Virus record (IMG/VR): IMGVR_UViG_3300022832_000001
Location: 1 to 35,794 of that record
Length of the DNA stretch: 35,794 bases
DNA from: a virus
Lineage: Duplodnaviria > Caudoviricetes
Strand: one strand, 5' to 3'
Shown: positions 35,456-35,794 of the stretch, piece after piece
Layout: each line of letters starts with the position of its first letter
Numbering within the stretch: position 1 is the stretch's first letter
Notes under the pieces: generated by a model
What the model was told of the DNA's origin: nothing
The model's input: the letters and a program-made list of their open reading frames with translations, nothing else
Database searches by the model: none
Translations under genes and position numbers: made by a program

Positions 35456-35794
35456 ATGTGTAGTGACGAATTAAGAATAGGAAATTATGTTAAATTTTGT
35501 AGTGAATATTACAAAGTTATAGAAATTCAAAAATATTGTTTTTATGCCGAAAATAAAGATAAAGAAGAAGTTAAAAATCATACAAATCAATTAGACCCTA
35601 TTCCGTTAAACGAAAATATAATTTCTTATTTGTGCGGTAAATTGAATAAATGGTCAGGTGATTATAGATTACAGGTTACAGATGATTACTCGATGTCTTT
35701 TTCCTTAGATAATGATATGATTTATGTTGGAGATTTAATTGAACTTAGAATTTCAGAAACTCCCGTTCATAGATTGCAGAATTTATATTTAGTT
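35456..35794 (+). CDS. Hypothetical protein (cassette cargo), continues to position 160 across the junction
   Basis: MCSDELRIGNYV...PIPLNENII... open to the window end. Confidence 0.8.
   Translation, partial: MCSDELRIGNYVKFCSEYYKVIEIQKYCFYAENKDKEEVKNHTNQLDPIPLNENIISYLCGKLNKWSGDYRLQVTDDYSMSFSLDNDMIYVGDLIELRISETPVHRLQNLYLV
35668..35794. repeat. Terminal direct repeat, copy 2
   Basis: Identical to 1-127. Confidence 0.95.

Noticed and set aside
35668-35794. 127-bp terminal repeat as a biological DTR
   Set aside because: It lies mid-gene and 127 is a common assembler k-mer size; best read as circular contig overlap
1-35794. Stop-codon reassignment linked to the tRNA
   Set aside because: Genes tile the genome under the standard code and the anticodon is ordinary CCA

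Overview
This looks like a complete, circularly assembled, AT-rich tailed phage genome of about 35.67 kb; the first 127 nt repeat at 35668-35794. The host is probably Bacteroidota (Flavobacterium-like), judged from TTG-N19-TAnnTTTG promoters, AT-rich start contexts with no Shine-Dalgarno and a DUF3127-type SSB. All credible genes are on the + strand. Order: NinG/HNH/small genes, sigma-like factor, tRNA-Trp, terminase, frameshifted chaperone pair, a moron, tail genes, tape measure, protease, capsid, tail tube, portal, adaptor, fibre, outer-membrane moron, lysis cassette, then early/recombination/replication genes with three DNA methyltransferases. No integrase or repressor is recognisable. The most striking unexplained structure is two integron-like gene-cassette arrays (31175-32548 and 35202-junction-197). 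Each has a 59/60-identical promoter leader, ~126-bp TAAC...GTTA imperfect hairpins and a shared trailer; in the first array the cassette ends are complementary to each other. No recombinase is encoded. Other signals: a GTTACA-N14-TCGTT putative late promoter giving near-leaderless mRNAs, two kissing-loop leader RNAs, two candidate -1 frameshifts, triple-repeat C-terminal peptides before fibre-like genes, and a candidate antisense sRNA. All protein family calls come from motif recognition, not database searches.
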